A DNA stretch of 64,000 nt, from NCBI GenBank assembly GCA_020053735.1, contig JAGVMP010000015.1, positions 12,708-76,707 of the forward strand. The letters are read 5' to 3'. The stretch is from Pseudomonadota bacterium (GTDB taxonomy: Bacteria; Pseudomonadota; Gammaproteobacteria; Burkholderiales; Methylophilaceae). Shown in pieces: positions 52,280-62,057 of the stretch; the stretch's first letter is position 1, and each line of letters starts with the position of its first letter. The notes under the pieces are model-generated. The model had not been told where the DNA came from, did not search any database, and worked only from the letters and a program-made list of their open reading frames with translations. The translations under genes and the position numbers were made by a program.

Positions 52280-53435
52280 GTTGCCCTTTCTTGGATTGTG
52301 CTTTCTTAGCTTCTGGCCGCTTTTCACCAGCAAGCCGAATCAAAATTTCCGCTTCTGCACTGCCATCATTTTCTTGCATGATTTTTTGCGCTTGTTTTAA
52401 GCCGTTATCTGCCCACATTTGTTTGTGCTCGCTTGTGCGCATTTGCGCAAATAGCGCATTAAAATTGGCTTGCTCAAACGGCATTTCGCATACCAAGCCT
52501 GCATTAGCCTCACGCACATAATGTGCATAGCCGCAACTTGCAGTCACTAGCATTGGCGTGGCGCTGGCCATGCCTTCCAAAATCACTAGCCCGGTATTCT
52601 CACGGTAAGCTGGGTGAATACACACATCGGCGCCTTGCATCAGTTGCGGAATATCTGGCCGGCCTTTTGAAATCACGACGTTCTCAGCAACTCCCAAATT
52701 TTGCGCCAGCTTGGTAAATTGCCTAGGGTTGTCTTGGCCTACAGCGATCAAGCGGGTATTGGCGCGCAACGCATCGGGCAAAGCCTTTAACGCTAAAATT
52801 GCGCGATCCAAACCTTTCATGGCAAAGCCAGAGCCTGTCAGTAAATAGACGAAATCATTCGCAGCAAAATTAAATTGTTGCCGCAAATAAGCGCGTGCTT
52901 CTGCTTTGGGTTTTAATACAAAACGCTCGGGCAACAAACACGGTGGAATATAATGAAAGCGTCTGTCTTGCGTGCCATACCAGTGCTGGAAATGCGGTTT
53001 CTCAGCCAACGAAACGGCTAAAATCTCCGTAGCAGATTCGCCAGAAAACACCGCTTTTTCACAAGTAGCAAACCACTTAAAACGCGGCAAAAGCCGATAC
53101 AAAAAACTTCGCTGCTGGTGTGCGCGCTCAATAAAACAAGGGTCGGCGGCAAAGTGTGCATCCAAGCCTGCCATACGGTTATAGCCAAAAATATAATCGA
53201 AACTCTCTGTTTTTAAAAAAGTTGCCTCAATAAATTTTTGATAGCGCTGGTAATTGAATAGTCCTGTTTGCGGTAGCACATGCACTTCAATGCCAACTGG
53301 TGCTTCGCCCTGCCAGCTCATGGTAAACACTTCCACCGTGTGTCCACGTTTCAGCAGCTCATTCGCGGTGCGCAACATATCGCGCTGCATGCCACCGAAG
53401 GGAAAGTATTTAAATATAATAAAAGCAAATTTCAT
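52272..53435 (-). CDS. waaG: LPS core GT4 hexosyltransferase (WaaG/WapG-like)
   Basis: 'KYFPFGGMQRD', 'GSGFAMKGLDR', 'HPAYRENTG'; start MKFAF (53435). Confidence 0.85.
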   Translation of the reverse strand: MKFAFIIFKYFPFGGMQRDMLRTANELLKRGHTVEVFTMSWQGEAPVGIEVHVLPQTGLFNYQRYQKFIEATFLKTESFDYIFGYNRMAGLDAHFAADPCFIERAHQQRSFLYRLLPRFKWFATCEKAVFSGESATEILAVSLAEKPHFQHWYGTQDRRFHYIPPCLLPERFVLKPKAEARAYLRQQFNFAANDFVYLLTGSGFAMKGLDRAILALKALPDALRANTRLIAVGQDNPRQFTKLAQNLGVAENVVISKGRPDIPQLMQGADVCIHPAYRENTGLVILEGMASATPMLVTASCGYAHYVREANAGLVCEMPFEQANFNALFAQMRTSEHKQMWADNGLKQAQKIMQENDGSAEAEILIRLAGEKRPEAKKAQSKKGQHG

Positions 53436-53454
53436 AAAGCCCTCAGCACAGCGA

Positions 53455-53550
53455 CTGCGCTTGTGCATACTTTGTTAAAAATTGGCTCAAAATCCTCATG
53501 TATGGGCATATACATTCCAGTTTTTCGCCAATTTTTGCCTCGTCAGCACT
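53455..53550 (-). repeat. Family B repeat (hybrid subtype)
   Basis: Reverse complement gacgaggc..ggaatgtat..atacatgaggatt..aacaaagtat. Confidence 0.75.
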
Positions 53551-53599
53551 GCGCTCGTAACACTGTGCCAAGGCCTTTAATCGCATTTTATGCGAAAAT

Positions 53600-54577
53600 A
53601 TGACAATGAAACGAATTCTTCTTGTAAAAACCTCATCTTTGGGCGATGTCATCCACAATTTGCCGGTGGTAAACGATATTTTGCAGCATGCCCCACAAGC
53701 GCATATCGATTGGCTGGTAGAAGAGTCCTTTGCAGATATTCCACACTTACATACAGGCATAAGCCATGTATTTACGCTGGCTTTTCGGCGTTGGCGCAAG
53801 CAGCTATTCAACAAGAAAACTTGGCAAGAAATTGCTGCGTTTAAGCAATTAATCCAACAGAGTCATTACGATGCCATTATCGATACACAAGGTTTACTTA
53901 AAAGCGCCCTGGCCATGCATTACGCGCACGGCACAAAGCATGGTTACGATAAACAGTCCATCCGTGAGCCACTAGCGAGTTACTTTTACGATAAAACCTA
54001 TGCGATTTCTTATCAGCAGCATGCGGTCATGCGTAACCGTGCGCTGTGTGCGTTAAGTTTAGGCTATGAAACCCCAACCGATGCGCCTGATTACGGCATG
54101 CCCACAAAACGCATGGCTATTCATCCGCATACTAGTGATTTGCAGTCTGATTATATGATTGCCTTGCACGGCACCAGCCGTGATAGCAAGTTGTGGCCAG
54201 TTGAACATTGGGTAGCCTTAGGCAAGCAACTCGCGCTGCAAAACCTGAACATGGTGTTACCTTGGGCAAGCGGCGCTGAACATACACGTGCAAATTTAAT
54301 TTCTACTCAACTATCCAACGCTGTTGTATTGCCCAAGTTGAGCATCAGTGAACTTGCAGGCGTCATTGCCAATGCCAAAGCTGCTATTGGTGTAGATACT
54401 GGTTTATCACACCTTGCCGGCGCGCTCAATATTCCCACCGTCGCCATTTACACTGACACCAACCCTGCACTCACTGGCGTGGTGGCGGGCAAACTCGCAC
54501 CCGCCATCAACTTGGGCGGCATTCACCAAACACCCACTGTAGAGGACGTTTTAGGCGCTTTAAAACCCCATATTTAA
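53600..54577 (+). CDS. waaC: LPS heptosyltransferase I
   Basis: 'VKTSSLGDVIH', 'IDTQGLLKS', 'HAVMRNR', 'GVDTGLSHLA'. Confidence 0.94.
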   Translation: MTMKRILLVKTSSLGDVIHNLPVVNDILQHAPQAHIDWLVEESFADIPHLHTGISHVFTLAFRRWRKQLFNKKTWQEIAAFKQLIQQSHYDAIIDTQGLLKSALAMHYAHGTKHGYDKQSIREPLASYFYDKTYAISYQQHAVMRNRALCALSLGYETPTDAPDYGMPTKRMAIHPHTSDLQSDYMIALHGTSRDSKLWPVEHWVALGKQLALQNLNMVLPWASGAEHTRANLISTQLSNAVVLPKLSISELAGVIANAKAAIGVDTGLSHLAGALNIPTVAIYTDTNPALTGVVAGKLAPAINLGGIHQTPTVEDVLGALKPHI

Positions 54578-54593
54578 CTACGCCTTAATTTGT

Positions 54594-54689
54594 ATGCCCT
54601 GCAGAGCTCATGAATATTGGGTTTCACGCATGAATAACCAGCTTTAGCTGGTATATTCTGCGGGGACAACCCCTGCGGTTGCAGGGCAT
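54594..54689. repeat. Family A long form (96 bp)
   Basis: TIR atgccctgca/tgcagggcat; internal hairpins accagct/agctggt and gggg/cccc. Confidence 0.9.
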
Positions 54690-54741
54690 CATTTTATTCT
54701 CGACGCTATTTAAGCAGCTACAAACAAAATGCAAACCAGCT

Positions 54742-54769
54742 CTTGAAATCAACTTCACTATCCCCATTT
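54742..54769 (+). promoter_or_regulatory. sigma32 (RpoH) heat-shock promoter of grpE
   Basis: CTTGAAA-13 nt-CCCCATTT, matches consensus, about 50 bp before grpE. Confidence 0.8.
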
Positions 54770-54806
54770 TCTGTGTAGTGTTATTAAAAACATAACTAAA
54801 GATTTT

Positions 54807-55343
54807 TTGGGGAAACACATGCAAGCAGATGAAAACAATCAAGACCAAGACAAAAATCAGGCGCAAGAGGCGCAGCCAGAAGTAGCGACGGAGCAAACCG
54901 CCGAAGAAAAAATCACGGCACTGCAGGCTGCGCTAGAAGAAGCCAAAGCCAGCGTGCTGTATATTAAAGCAGAAGGTGAAAATATACGCCGCCGCGCTAT
55001 GGATGATATCGACAAAGCGCGTAAATTTGCACTAGAAAAATTCTCAAACGAATTACTGGCGGTAAAAGATAGTTTAGACGCCGCTTTAAACGTGGGCAAT
55101 GCCGATGTAGAAAGCTACAAAAATGGCGTAGAACTGACTGCAAAACAACTCAGCGCGGTGTTTGAGAAATTCAATATCGCAGAAGTAAATCCAGTGGGCG
55201 AGAAATTCGATCCGAATAAACACCAAGCGATTTCAATGCTAGAGAACAGTGGCGAGCCAAATACTGTGACCAGCGTGCTACAAAAAGGCTACATCCTGAA
55301 TGATCGCGTATTGAGGCCAGCGTTGGTGATGGTGGCAAAGTAA
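54807..55343 (+). CDS. grpE: Nucleotide exchange factor GrpE
   Basis: 'AEGENIRRR', 'FDPNKHQA', '[16 protein letters not shown]'; ATG at 54819 is an alternative start. Confidence 0.97.
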   Translation: MGKHMQADENNQDQDKNQAQEAQPEVATEQTAEEKITALQAALEEAKASVLYIKAEGENIRRRAMDDIDKARKFALEKFSNELLAVKDSLDAALNVGNADVESYKNGVELTAKQLSAVFEKFNIAEVNPVGEKFDPNKHQAISMLENSGEPNTVTSVLQKGYILNDRVLRPALVMVAK

Positions 55344-55389
55344 ACTGCAAAATAAAATTCGAAAAAATAGCCTTAGATTAAACAAGGCT

Positions 55390-55417
55390 ATTGAAAATAA
55401 CAAAACCACCCGCATTA
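55390..55417 (+). promoter_or_regulatory. Possible sigma32 promoter of dnaK
   Basis: ATTGAAA-13 nt-CCGCATTA, one or two mismatches to consensus. Confidence 0.45.
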
Positions 55418-55434
55418 TAGATTTATGCACAAGC

Positions 55435-55528
55435 ATTGTGTCGAGATAGTCAGACGCGAAGTGGTGGCGTAGACAGTACAAGCTAGTACGACAAGCCGCC
55501 ACGACAAAGTATGACTGATTGACACAAG
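55435..55528 (+). repeat. Family B repeat upstream of dnaK
   Basis: gtcagacg..gtagacagtac aagcta gtacgacaag..acaaagtatgac; flanking IR ttgtgtc/gacacaa. Confidence 0.8.
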
Positions 55529-55562
55529 GCGCTAGAAAATTTGAATTGAAAAGGAAATTGTA

Positions 55563-57485
55563 ATGGGAAAAATTATTGGTATAGATTTAGGTACAACAAA
55601 CTCTTGCGTCGCCGTGATGGAAGGTGGCAAGCCACGCGTGATTGAAAACGCCGAAGGCACACGCACCACGCCATCTATCATCGCTTATCAAGAAGATGGC
55701 GAAATTTTAGCGGGCGCGCCAGCTAAGCGCCAAGCAGTGACCAACCCGAAAAACACACTGTATGCGGTGAAACGCCTGATTGGTCGCCGTTTCGAAGAAA
55801 AAGAAGTACAAAAAGACATCAAGCTGATGCCTTACACCATTGCCAAAGCCGATAACGGTGACGCATGGGTAGAAGTGCGCGGCCAAAAAATGGCGCCGCC
55901 ACAAATCTCGGCTGAAGTTTTACGCAAAATGAAAAAAACCGCCGAAGATTATTTGGGCGAAGAAGTGACTGAAGCGGTGATTACCGTGCCGGCTTACTTT
56001 AACGACAGCCAACGCCAAGCCACTAAAGATGCGGGTCGTATTGCTGGTTTAGACGTAAAACGTATTATTAACGAGCCAACTGCGGCAGCGTTAGCCTTTG
56101 GTTTAGACAAACAAGAAGGTGACCGCAAAATTGCCGTGTATGACTTAGGCGGCGGTACGTTTGACGTATCGATTATCGAAATCTCCAGCATTGATGGCGA
56201 ACATCAATTTGAAGTGCTTTCGACCAATGGCGATACGTTCTTGGGTGGTGAAGACTTTGATAATCGCATTATCGACTTTTTGGCGGATGAATTTAAAAAA
56301 GAGAATGGCCTGGATTTACGCAACGATTTATTGGCGAAGCAACGCTTAAAAGAAGCGGCAGAAAAGGCCAAGATCGAATTATCTGGCGCAACGCAAACTG
56401 AGGTGAATTTACCTTACATTACTGCCGACGCCACTGGGCCGAAGCACTTGGTGGTGAAAATCACCCGCGCAAAATTAGAGTCTTTAGTAGACGATTTAAT
56501 CGAACGCACCATGGCGCCTTGTAAAATGGCGATTAAAGATGCGGGCGTAAAAATTGAAGATATTACTGACGTGATTTTGGTGGGTGGTCAAAGCCGTATG
56601 CCAAAAGTGCAAGAGAAAGTACAAGAAATTTTTGGTAAAGAGCCACGTAAAGACGTTAACCCAGATGAAGCGGTGGCTGTTGGCGCGGCGATTCAAGGTG
56701 GCGTGTTGCAAGGTGATGTAAAAGATGTGTTGTTGCTAGACGTAACGCCATTAAGCTTGGGCATTGAAACCATGGGCGGCGTGATGACGAAAATCATCAA
56801 GAAAAACACCACCATTCCCACCAAAGCGGCACAAACGTTTTCAACTGCGGAAGATAATCAAAACGCTGTGACGATTCAAGTATTACAAGGCGAGCGTGAA
56901 ATGGCATCGGCCAACAAGTCACTTGGCCAGTTTAATTTAAGCGATATTCCACCCGCACCGCGTGGCATGCCGCAAATTGAAGTAACGTTTGACATTGACG
57001 CCAACGGCATTATGCACGTAAGCGCCAAAGACAAAGCCACTGGCAAAGAAAACAAAATTACCATTAAAGCGAACTCTGGTTTATCTGAAGCAGAAATTCA
57101 GCAAATGGAAGAAGATGCCATTAAGTATGCAGATGAAGACAAAAAATACCGTGAGTTAGTGGATGCGCGTAACGCAGCTGACGGCATGGTGCACAGCGTG
57201 AAAAAATCACTGGCTGAGCATGGTGATAAGTTAGATGAAGCTGAAAAAACCGCTATTGAAACTGCATTGAAAGAGGTAGAGGAAGTGTTACAAAGCGACG
57301 ATAAAGACACGATTGTTGCCAAAACAAATACACTGACAGAAGCAGCGCAAAAACTTGGTGAAAAAGTGTACGCGGCAGAGCAAGCAGCCAACAATACGCA
57401 AAGTGCGCAGCCGTCTCAAGAAGGTGAAAAAACCGTAGATGGCGACGTAGTAGATGCTGAGTTTGAAGAAGTGAAAAAAGACTAA
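55563..57485 (+). CDS. dnaK: Chaperone DnaK
   Basis: 'GIDLGTTNS', 'VPAYFND', 'DLGGGTFD', C-terminal 'DAEFEEV'. Confidence 0.99.
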   Translation: MGKIIGIDLGTTNSCVAVMEGGKPRVIENAEGTRTTPSIIAYQEDGEILAGAPAKRQAVTNPKNTLYAVKRLIGRRFEEKEVQKDIKLMPYTIAKADNGDAWVEVRGQKMAPPQISAEVLRKMKKTAEDYLGEEVTEAVITVPAYFNDSQRQATKDAGRIAGLDVKRIINEPTAAALAFGLDKQEGDRKIAVYDLGGGTFDVSIIEISSIDGEHQFEVLSTNGDTFLGGEDFDNRIIDFLADEFKKENGLDLRNDLLAKQRLKEAAEKAKIELSGATQTEVNLPYITADATGPKHLVVKITRAKLESLVDDLIERTMAPCKMAIKDAGVKIEDITDVILVGGQSRMPKVQEKVQEIFGKEPRKDVNPDEAVAVGAAIQGGVLQGDVKDVLLLDVTPLSLGIETMGGVMTKIIKKNTTIPTKAAQTFSTAEDNQNAVTIQVLQGEREMASANKSLGQFNLSDIPPAPRGMPQIEVTFDIDANGIMHVSAKDKATGKENKITIKANSGLSEAEIQQMEEDAIKYADEDKKYRELVDARNAADGMVHSVKKSLAEHGDKLDEAEKTAIETALKEVEEVLQSDDKDTIVAKTNTLTEAAQKLGEKVYAAEQAANNTQSAQPSQEGEKTVDGDVVDAEFEEVKKD

Positions 57486-57516
57486 TGCTGAAAGCTAGCG
57501 CTTAACAAGCAGGACA

Positions 57517-57540
57517 AGAGCCACGACCATCGTGGCTTTT
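57517..57540 (+). terminator. Terminator hairpin after dnaK
   Basis: agagccacg/cgtggcttt plus T-run. Confidence 0.7.
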
Positions 57541-57604
57541 GTCTATGTCTAATTCAACATTTTGATTAAAGTAACTGTATAGACTTTAAGTAATTGGATA
57601 AAAC

Positions 57605-58729
57605 ATGGCGGCCACAAAAAGAGATTATTACGAAGTATTAGGCGTGAATAAAGATGCCTCCGAAGAAGAAATTAAAAAATCTTATCGCAAACTGGCGATG
57701 AAATATCACCCTGATCGCAATCCAGACAATCCGAAATCAGAAGCGCAATTTAAAGAGGCGAAAGAAGCCTATGAAATGCTGTCTGACGACCAAAAACGCG
57801 CAGCTTACGATCAATACGGCCATGCTGGTGTAGAGCAAGGCGCAGGTGCCGGTGGCTTTGGCGCGGCTGGTTTTGGTGATGCTTTCGGCGATATTTTCGG
57901 CGATATCTTTGGTGGTGGCCGCGCTGGCGGGCAACGTAATAACGTATACCGCGGTGCGGATTTACGCTACAACATGGAAATTAGCCTGGAAGACGCAGCT
58001 AAAGGTACTGAAACCAAAATCCGCATTCCAGTGCAAACCACTTGCGAAACCTGCAAAGGTAATGGCGCGCGCCCAGGCACACAGCCAGTCACTTGTACCA
58101 CCTGCGGCGGCCATGGCCAAGTACGCATGCAACAAGGATTTTTTTCGGTGCAACAAACCTGCCCGAAATGTCATGGCAACGGCAAAATGGTAAAAGAACC
58201 ATGCCCTACTTGTAGCGGCGCTGGACGTGTTAAACAGAACAAAACCTTGTCAGTTAAAATTCCTGCGGGCGTGGATGAAGGCGATAGAATTCGCTTAACG
58301 GGCGAAGGCGAAGCCGGTGTTAATGGTGGGCCAACTGGCGATTTGTATGTGGTGGTTCACCTGAAACAACATGAAATATTCCAACGTGATGGCGGAAATT
58401 TACATTGTGAAATGCCGATCAGCTTCACAACTGCAGCATTGGGCGGCGAGATAGAAGTGCCGACATTAGGCGGCTCTGCCAAAATGAAAATCCCAGCAGA
58501 AACCCAAACGGGCGGCGTATTCCGATTAAAAGGCAAAGGTATTAAACCGTTAAGGCAATCTGACCACGGCGATTTAATGGTGCATGTGGTGATAGAAACG
58601 CCAGTAAAACTGACCGAAAAACAAAAAGATTTACTGCGTGAATTTGACGTTAGCACCCAAGCCGATGCGGGCAAGCATAGTCCAAAAAACAAAAGCTGGG
58701 TAGATAAAGCGAAAGACTTTTTTGGGTAG
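57605..58729 (+). CDS. dnaJ: Chaperone DnaJ
   Basis: J-domain HPD, G/F region, four CxxCxGxG repeats. Confidence 0.99.
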   Translation: MAATKRDYYEVLGVNKDASEEEIKKSYRKLAMKYHPDRNPDNPKSEAQFKEAKEAYEMLSDDQKRAAYDQYGHAGVEQGAGAGGFGAAGFGDAFGDIFGDIFGGGRAGGQRNNVYRGADLRYNMEISLEDAAKGTETKIRIPVQTTCETCKGNGARPGTQPVTCTTCGGHGQVRMQQGFFSVQQTCPKCHGNGKMVKEPCPTCSGAGRVKQNKTLSVKIPAGVDEGDRIRLTGEGEAGVNGGPTGDLYVVVHLKQHEIFQRDGGNLHCEMPISFTTAALGGEIEVPTLGGSAKMKIPAETQTGGVFRLKGKGIKPLRQSDHGDLMVHVVIETPVKLTEKQKDLLREFDVSTQADAGKHSPKNKSWVDKAKDFFG

Positions 58730-58752
58730 ATAGTTAATTACTGTTTTTTATT

Positions 58753-59337
58753 TTAATCTTTTTGGGAGGCGTAAAATCGCCTCCCAATTTCATCTGCGAG
58801 TAGATCCGTCCAAATGCGAACATCAAATGAATCAAGATAGTTTGGCCAAGTAATATCTGCAAGTCCAAAATAAGTATTCATTAAATAAAGAATTCTTCGC
58901 AAAGGGCTATTTGCTGGCATGTCTCCACTATCAATCTTATCAAGTGAGGTTTCAAGTAATGACATTAGGACATAATACTCACCGTCATAATTACTGTTAG
59001 GCCAGATTTCATCTCCCACAATTTCAAATATGCTTTCTTTATTTAATCCTTCGACTATTCTTGGAACTGGGCGAAGGCCAGTTGGATTTACTTCTATCCA
59101 ATGTTTAATAAGTTTGATTTCCTCGTTTAGCCAATAAGCTTTACCATTGGCCTCGCCTGCATGTCCTGAGTTTCGGAAAGCTGAAATACGATAGGAAATT
59201 GCGGACTCTCGAAAAACTTTTGAGGCTTCCTCGTAATTTTTCTCCGCACTATGTTTCTCGGCAAGAACGAACAAGTCTTCGAGGGCTTGCTGGTCGCCTT
59301 TAGTAGAAAGACGAATAAGTTCTTGGTATTCCATCAA
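58753..59337 (-). CDS. Hypothetical helical protein
   Basis: 194 aa ORF with RBS-like GAGGAGGA upstream; AT-richer than flanks; no recognisable motif. Confidence 0.6.
   Translation of the reverse strand: MMEYQELIRLSTKGDQQALEDLFVLAEKHSAEKNYEEASKVFRESAISYRISAFRNSGHAGEANGKAYWLNEEIKLIKHWIEVNPTGLRPVPRIVEGLNKESIFEIVGDEIWPNSNYDGEYYVLMSLLETSLDKIDSGDMPANSPLRRILYLMNTYFGLADITWPNYLDSFDVRIWTDLLADEIGRRFYASQKD
58762..58787. terminator. Hairpin between dnaJ and the convergent ORF
   Basis: Perfect IR ttgggaggcg/cgcctcccaa; overlaps the last codons of ORF 58753-59337. Confidence 0.7.
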
Positions 59338-59417
59338 TTATCCTCCTCATGATATATTGACGCATCAACTGTACGCATGCAGTATGTGTCGGATTATACT
59401 TTAAGGATAATATTCGA

Positions 59418-59978
59418 ATGTTGAAGAAAATTCTAATAACCTTATTAACTATATACCTCATTGGCGCATTTGTTGATTACCTTGATCGTGAGGGTATTAA
59501 AAATGGACTGTGGAATAACTTAATTTGGCGAGATGGTGCACTGCCGCTTGTTTCATTGGCCAAAGGATTGTTGTGGCCAATTCATTTGATTTCTAATGCT
59601 CAACCAACAAAAATTTATTCTCAATCCACAAAAACTACTGCCATGCAATTTGTAGAAATACTTCACAACGCAAATAAATACCCCCTATGCAGTTCTAATG
59701 GATGTATTCAAGATATTACAGCAAAAGATAACACTGTAATTGCCACATATATATTGCCAAATATCTTTATAGAACTACCAAAAAATTTAACTGCGAACTC
59801 TGCCACAACGGCTGAAAAAATGAGACCGAGTGTACTTAGAGAAATTTGCGCTGAAATTCAACCTGACTTCCCCGACAAATCGATGAAATGGAAGTCCGAT
59901 TACTATTCGAGTGACCACCAGTTTGTTGCATCTATTTTAATGACATTGGATGAATGCCCAGTACATGGGGCGCAATAA
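59418..59978 (+). CDS. Hypothetical membrane-anchored/exported protein
   Basis: N-terminal hydrophobic helix, Cys-containing C-terminal domain; AAGGA RBS. Confidence 0.6.
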   Translation: MLKKILITLLTIYLIGAFVDYLDREGIKNGLWNNLIWRDGALPLVSLAKGLLWPIHLISNAQPTKIYSQSTKTTAMQFVEILHNANKYPLCSSNGCIQDITAKDNTVIATYILPNIFIELPKNLTANSATTAEKMRPSVLREICAEIQPDFPDKSMKWKSDYYSSDHQFVASILMTLDECPVHGAQ

Positions 59979-60000
59979 CTGAAAGACATTGCACCGAATG

Positions 60001-60232
60001 AGTCCCCTGCTGCCATGCCGAGCAACACAATCAAGTTGGGAGTTTTCGGCGAGGACTGTTTGAGTTCCGAACAAGCCTTGATTTGTGAGGCTTGTAAGGG
60101 CGAGTTCCGCAGCCGCCCGACTTGATGAGTAGCGCAGGGAAGCCGAAGGCCTTGGCAGGGGGTGTATTTTTCTTTGATTACTTTCTTTTGGACACTCAAA
60201 AGAAAGTGATTAGGTGTCGGGCTACCCCCGAC
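60001..60232 (+). repeat. Family D structured repeat
   Basis: gcgagttccgcagccg .. actttcttttg/caaaagaaagt. Confidence 0.75.
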
Positions 60233-60249
60233 TACACTCTGTGAAAGGC

Positions 60250-60366
60250 TGGATTCTTCACTACACTCAGAATGACAATTCAAAATGGATTCCCGCTTTC
60301 GCACCACAGGCACTCCGATTTACTAAGTGCTTAAGCACTTAGTAAAGTCGTATGCGGGAATGGCGG
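60250..60366 (-). repeat. Family C tandem units, second with an internal insertion
   Basis: ggattc..gaatgac plus ggattcccgctttcgc-[51 bp]-gcgggaatggcgg. Confidence 0.8.
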
Positions 60367-60378
60367 CTGTGTGAGCAT

Positions 60379-60417
60379 ATGCTCTGCAGACCAATATCCA
60401 TGCGGCTTGCAGGGCAT
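60379..60417. repeat. Family A palindrome (39 bp)
   Basis: atgctctgcagaccaatatccatgcggcttgcagggcat. Confidence 0.9.
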
Positions 60418-60441
60418 GATTTAAAAGAATCATTTAAAGCG

Positions 60442-60876
60442 TTATGTGCGCCAAGGATGTTTCGGCATATTGCAAACACCTGCAACATCGACACCCGCTT
60501 GTGCCACAATATGGTCGTTTTCAACCGAATCGCCACTCACGCCAATAGCACCAACCAGCATACCTTCGTTATCGACAATTGGCAGACCACCTGGGAAGGT
60601 GATTAAGCCATCGTTAGAGTGTTCAATGCCATAAAGTGGTTGACCTGGCAACGAGAGCTTACCGATTTCGCCTGAAGGCATGGCAAAATGGCAGGCTGTT
60701 TTTGCTTTTTTAATGGCAATATCAATGCTGCCTACCCAGGCGTCATCCATGCGGGTAAAGCTTTTTAGGTTGCCGCCTGAATCTAAAATGGCGATACACA
60801 TTTTTACGCCTATCTGTTTAGACTTCTCTACGGCTTTATCTACAATCTGTTGTGCGAGTTCATAACTTACGTGCAT
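60442..60876 (-). CDS. GlcG/HbpS-like heme-binding protein
   Basis: 'RMDDAW.GSIDIA..KA.TA', 'FPGGLPI', 'GAIGVSG'. Confidence 0.88.
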   Translation of the reverse strand: MHVSYELAQQIVDKAVEKSKQIGVKMCIAILDSGGNLKSFTRMDDAWVGSIDIAIKKAKTACHFAMPSGEIGKLSLPGQPLYGIEHSNDGLITFPGGLPIVDNEGMLVGAIGVSGDSVENDHIVAQAGVDVAGVCNMPKHPWRT

Positions 60877-61196
60877 GTAACTTCCTTTATTGATGGGTAA
60901 TCCGATATGTTAGCACATTAGCCTAGGCACTTCTGTAGGCGGTTGTGAAGCTAAGCATGTTGATTGTATTCACTCAATATGACCTGCAGATGAACATGCA
61001 ACCCAAAGAACTTTTCAAGTAAATTAACTGTCGAAACTGTGCAATTCAAAACTTTGCAATAATGATTTATGTGGGTGGGCGTTGGTGCTTGCCATATGAG
61101 TTTAAAAGAGTGATGTGAGACTGAAACAATAATTTCTGCCTCTCTCCATTTGGCGGCATGCTACGCAACCTTTAATTAAGGTGCTAATGGAGGAGA

Positions 61197-61709
61197 ATGG
61201 TCATGAAACGCATGTATTTTTTAGTCCCCGGAATTGAAATCACCAAAAAAATTGTCGATGTACTTTTGCTGGCGCGGGTTGATCATCGCCACATTCATGT
61301 ATTAGGCAAGCGCGACACCCCACTGGAAGGCTTGCCAGAAGCGTCATTTCTGCAAAAAAGCGATTTTGTGCCTGCACTAGAACGCGGCATGATATTTGGC
61401 GGACTGACTGGCATTCTATTGGGAGCTTTTGTGATGGCGTTTCCAGGCGAGTTAGTACTGAGTGGCGGCACCATTTTAGCGACGTTCTTAATTGGTACTG
61501 GTCTTGGTGCATGGATATCAAGTATGGTAGGTAGCAGTATTGCTAATAGCCAAATTACGCAATTTGCGCCAGCCATTGAAAGTGGCAAGCTTTTGATGAT
61601 GGTAGATGTACCGCGCAGCCGTATCGAGAGCATTGAGCAGCTAGTTAAAGAGCGCTATCCTCAAGCCATATGCGAGGGAACTGAGCCCACTATGCCAGCT
61701 TTTCCTTGA
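61197..61709 (+). CDS. DUF1269-like membrane protein
   Basis: 'KRMYFL.P', 'LPEAS', glycine-rich TM hairpin, 'G.LLMMVDVP', 'GTEPTMPAFP'. Confidence 0.7.
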   Translation: MVMKRMYFLVPGIEITKKIVDVLLLARVDHRHIHVLGKRDTPLEGLPEASFLQKSDFVPALERGMIFGGLTGILLGAFVMAFPGELVLSGGTILATFLIGTGLGAWISSMVGSSIANSQITQFAPAIESGKLLMMVDVPRSRIESIEQLVKERYPQAICEGTEPTMPAFP

Positions 61710-61762
61710 ATTTTGCTGAAATAAATTGATAGGAAGCGATTTATAATACATGATTCACAAGG

Positions 61763-61848
61763 CATGCTCTGCGGACTAATACCCCAGGGCACCCTCTCTC
61801 AAACTCACTTCATGAGTTTGACTCACCTTGTATCCATGAGGGTTTCGC
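61763..61848. repeat. Family A copy interrupted by an insertion
   Basis: catgctctgcggactaata..[insert with aaactca/tgagttt hairpin]..tatccatgagggtttc. Confidence 0.6.
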
Positions 61849-62057
61849 ATTCGACTTAGTGCTTTCGCATTGAACTTAGCGCTTTAGCGCTTAGTGAAAT
61901 GGTGAAGACCTTTACGGTCTTAGCACTTAGCGAGAATGGTGATGCCAAGGACTGGTACAGGGCAAGTATTTTTGTTACATCTGCTTACCAATATTTAAGC
62001 CTAGCCTTACATTCCAGTTACATGCGTGCCATCAAGCTGTAACATCCACCACCTATA

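Noticed and set aside
59903-60313. Short ORFs spanning repeat clusters (also 4858-5088, 24505-24696, 26793-27020, 28260-28529, 60352-60606, 63189-63374)
   Set aside because: They consist largely of translated repeat DNA or overlap real genes and lack RBS or family motifs
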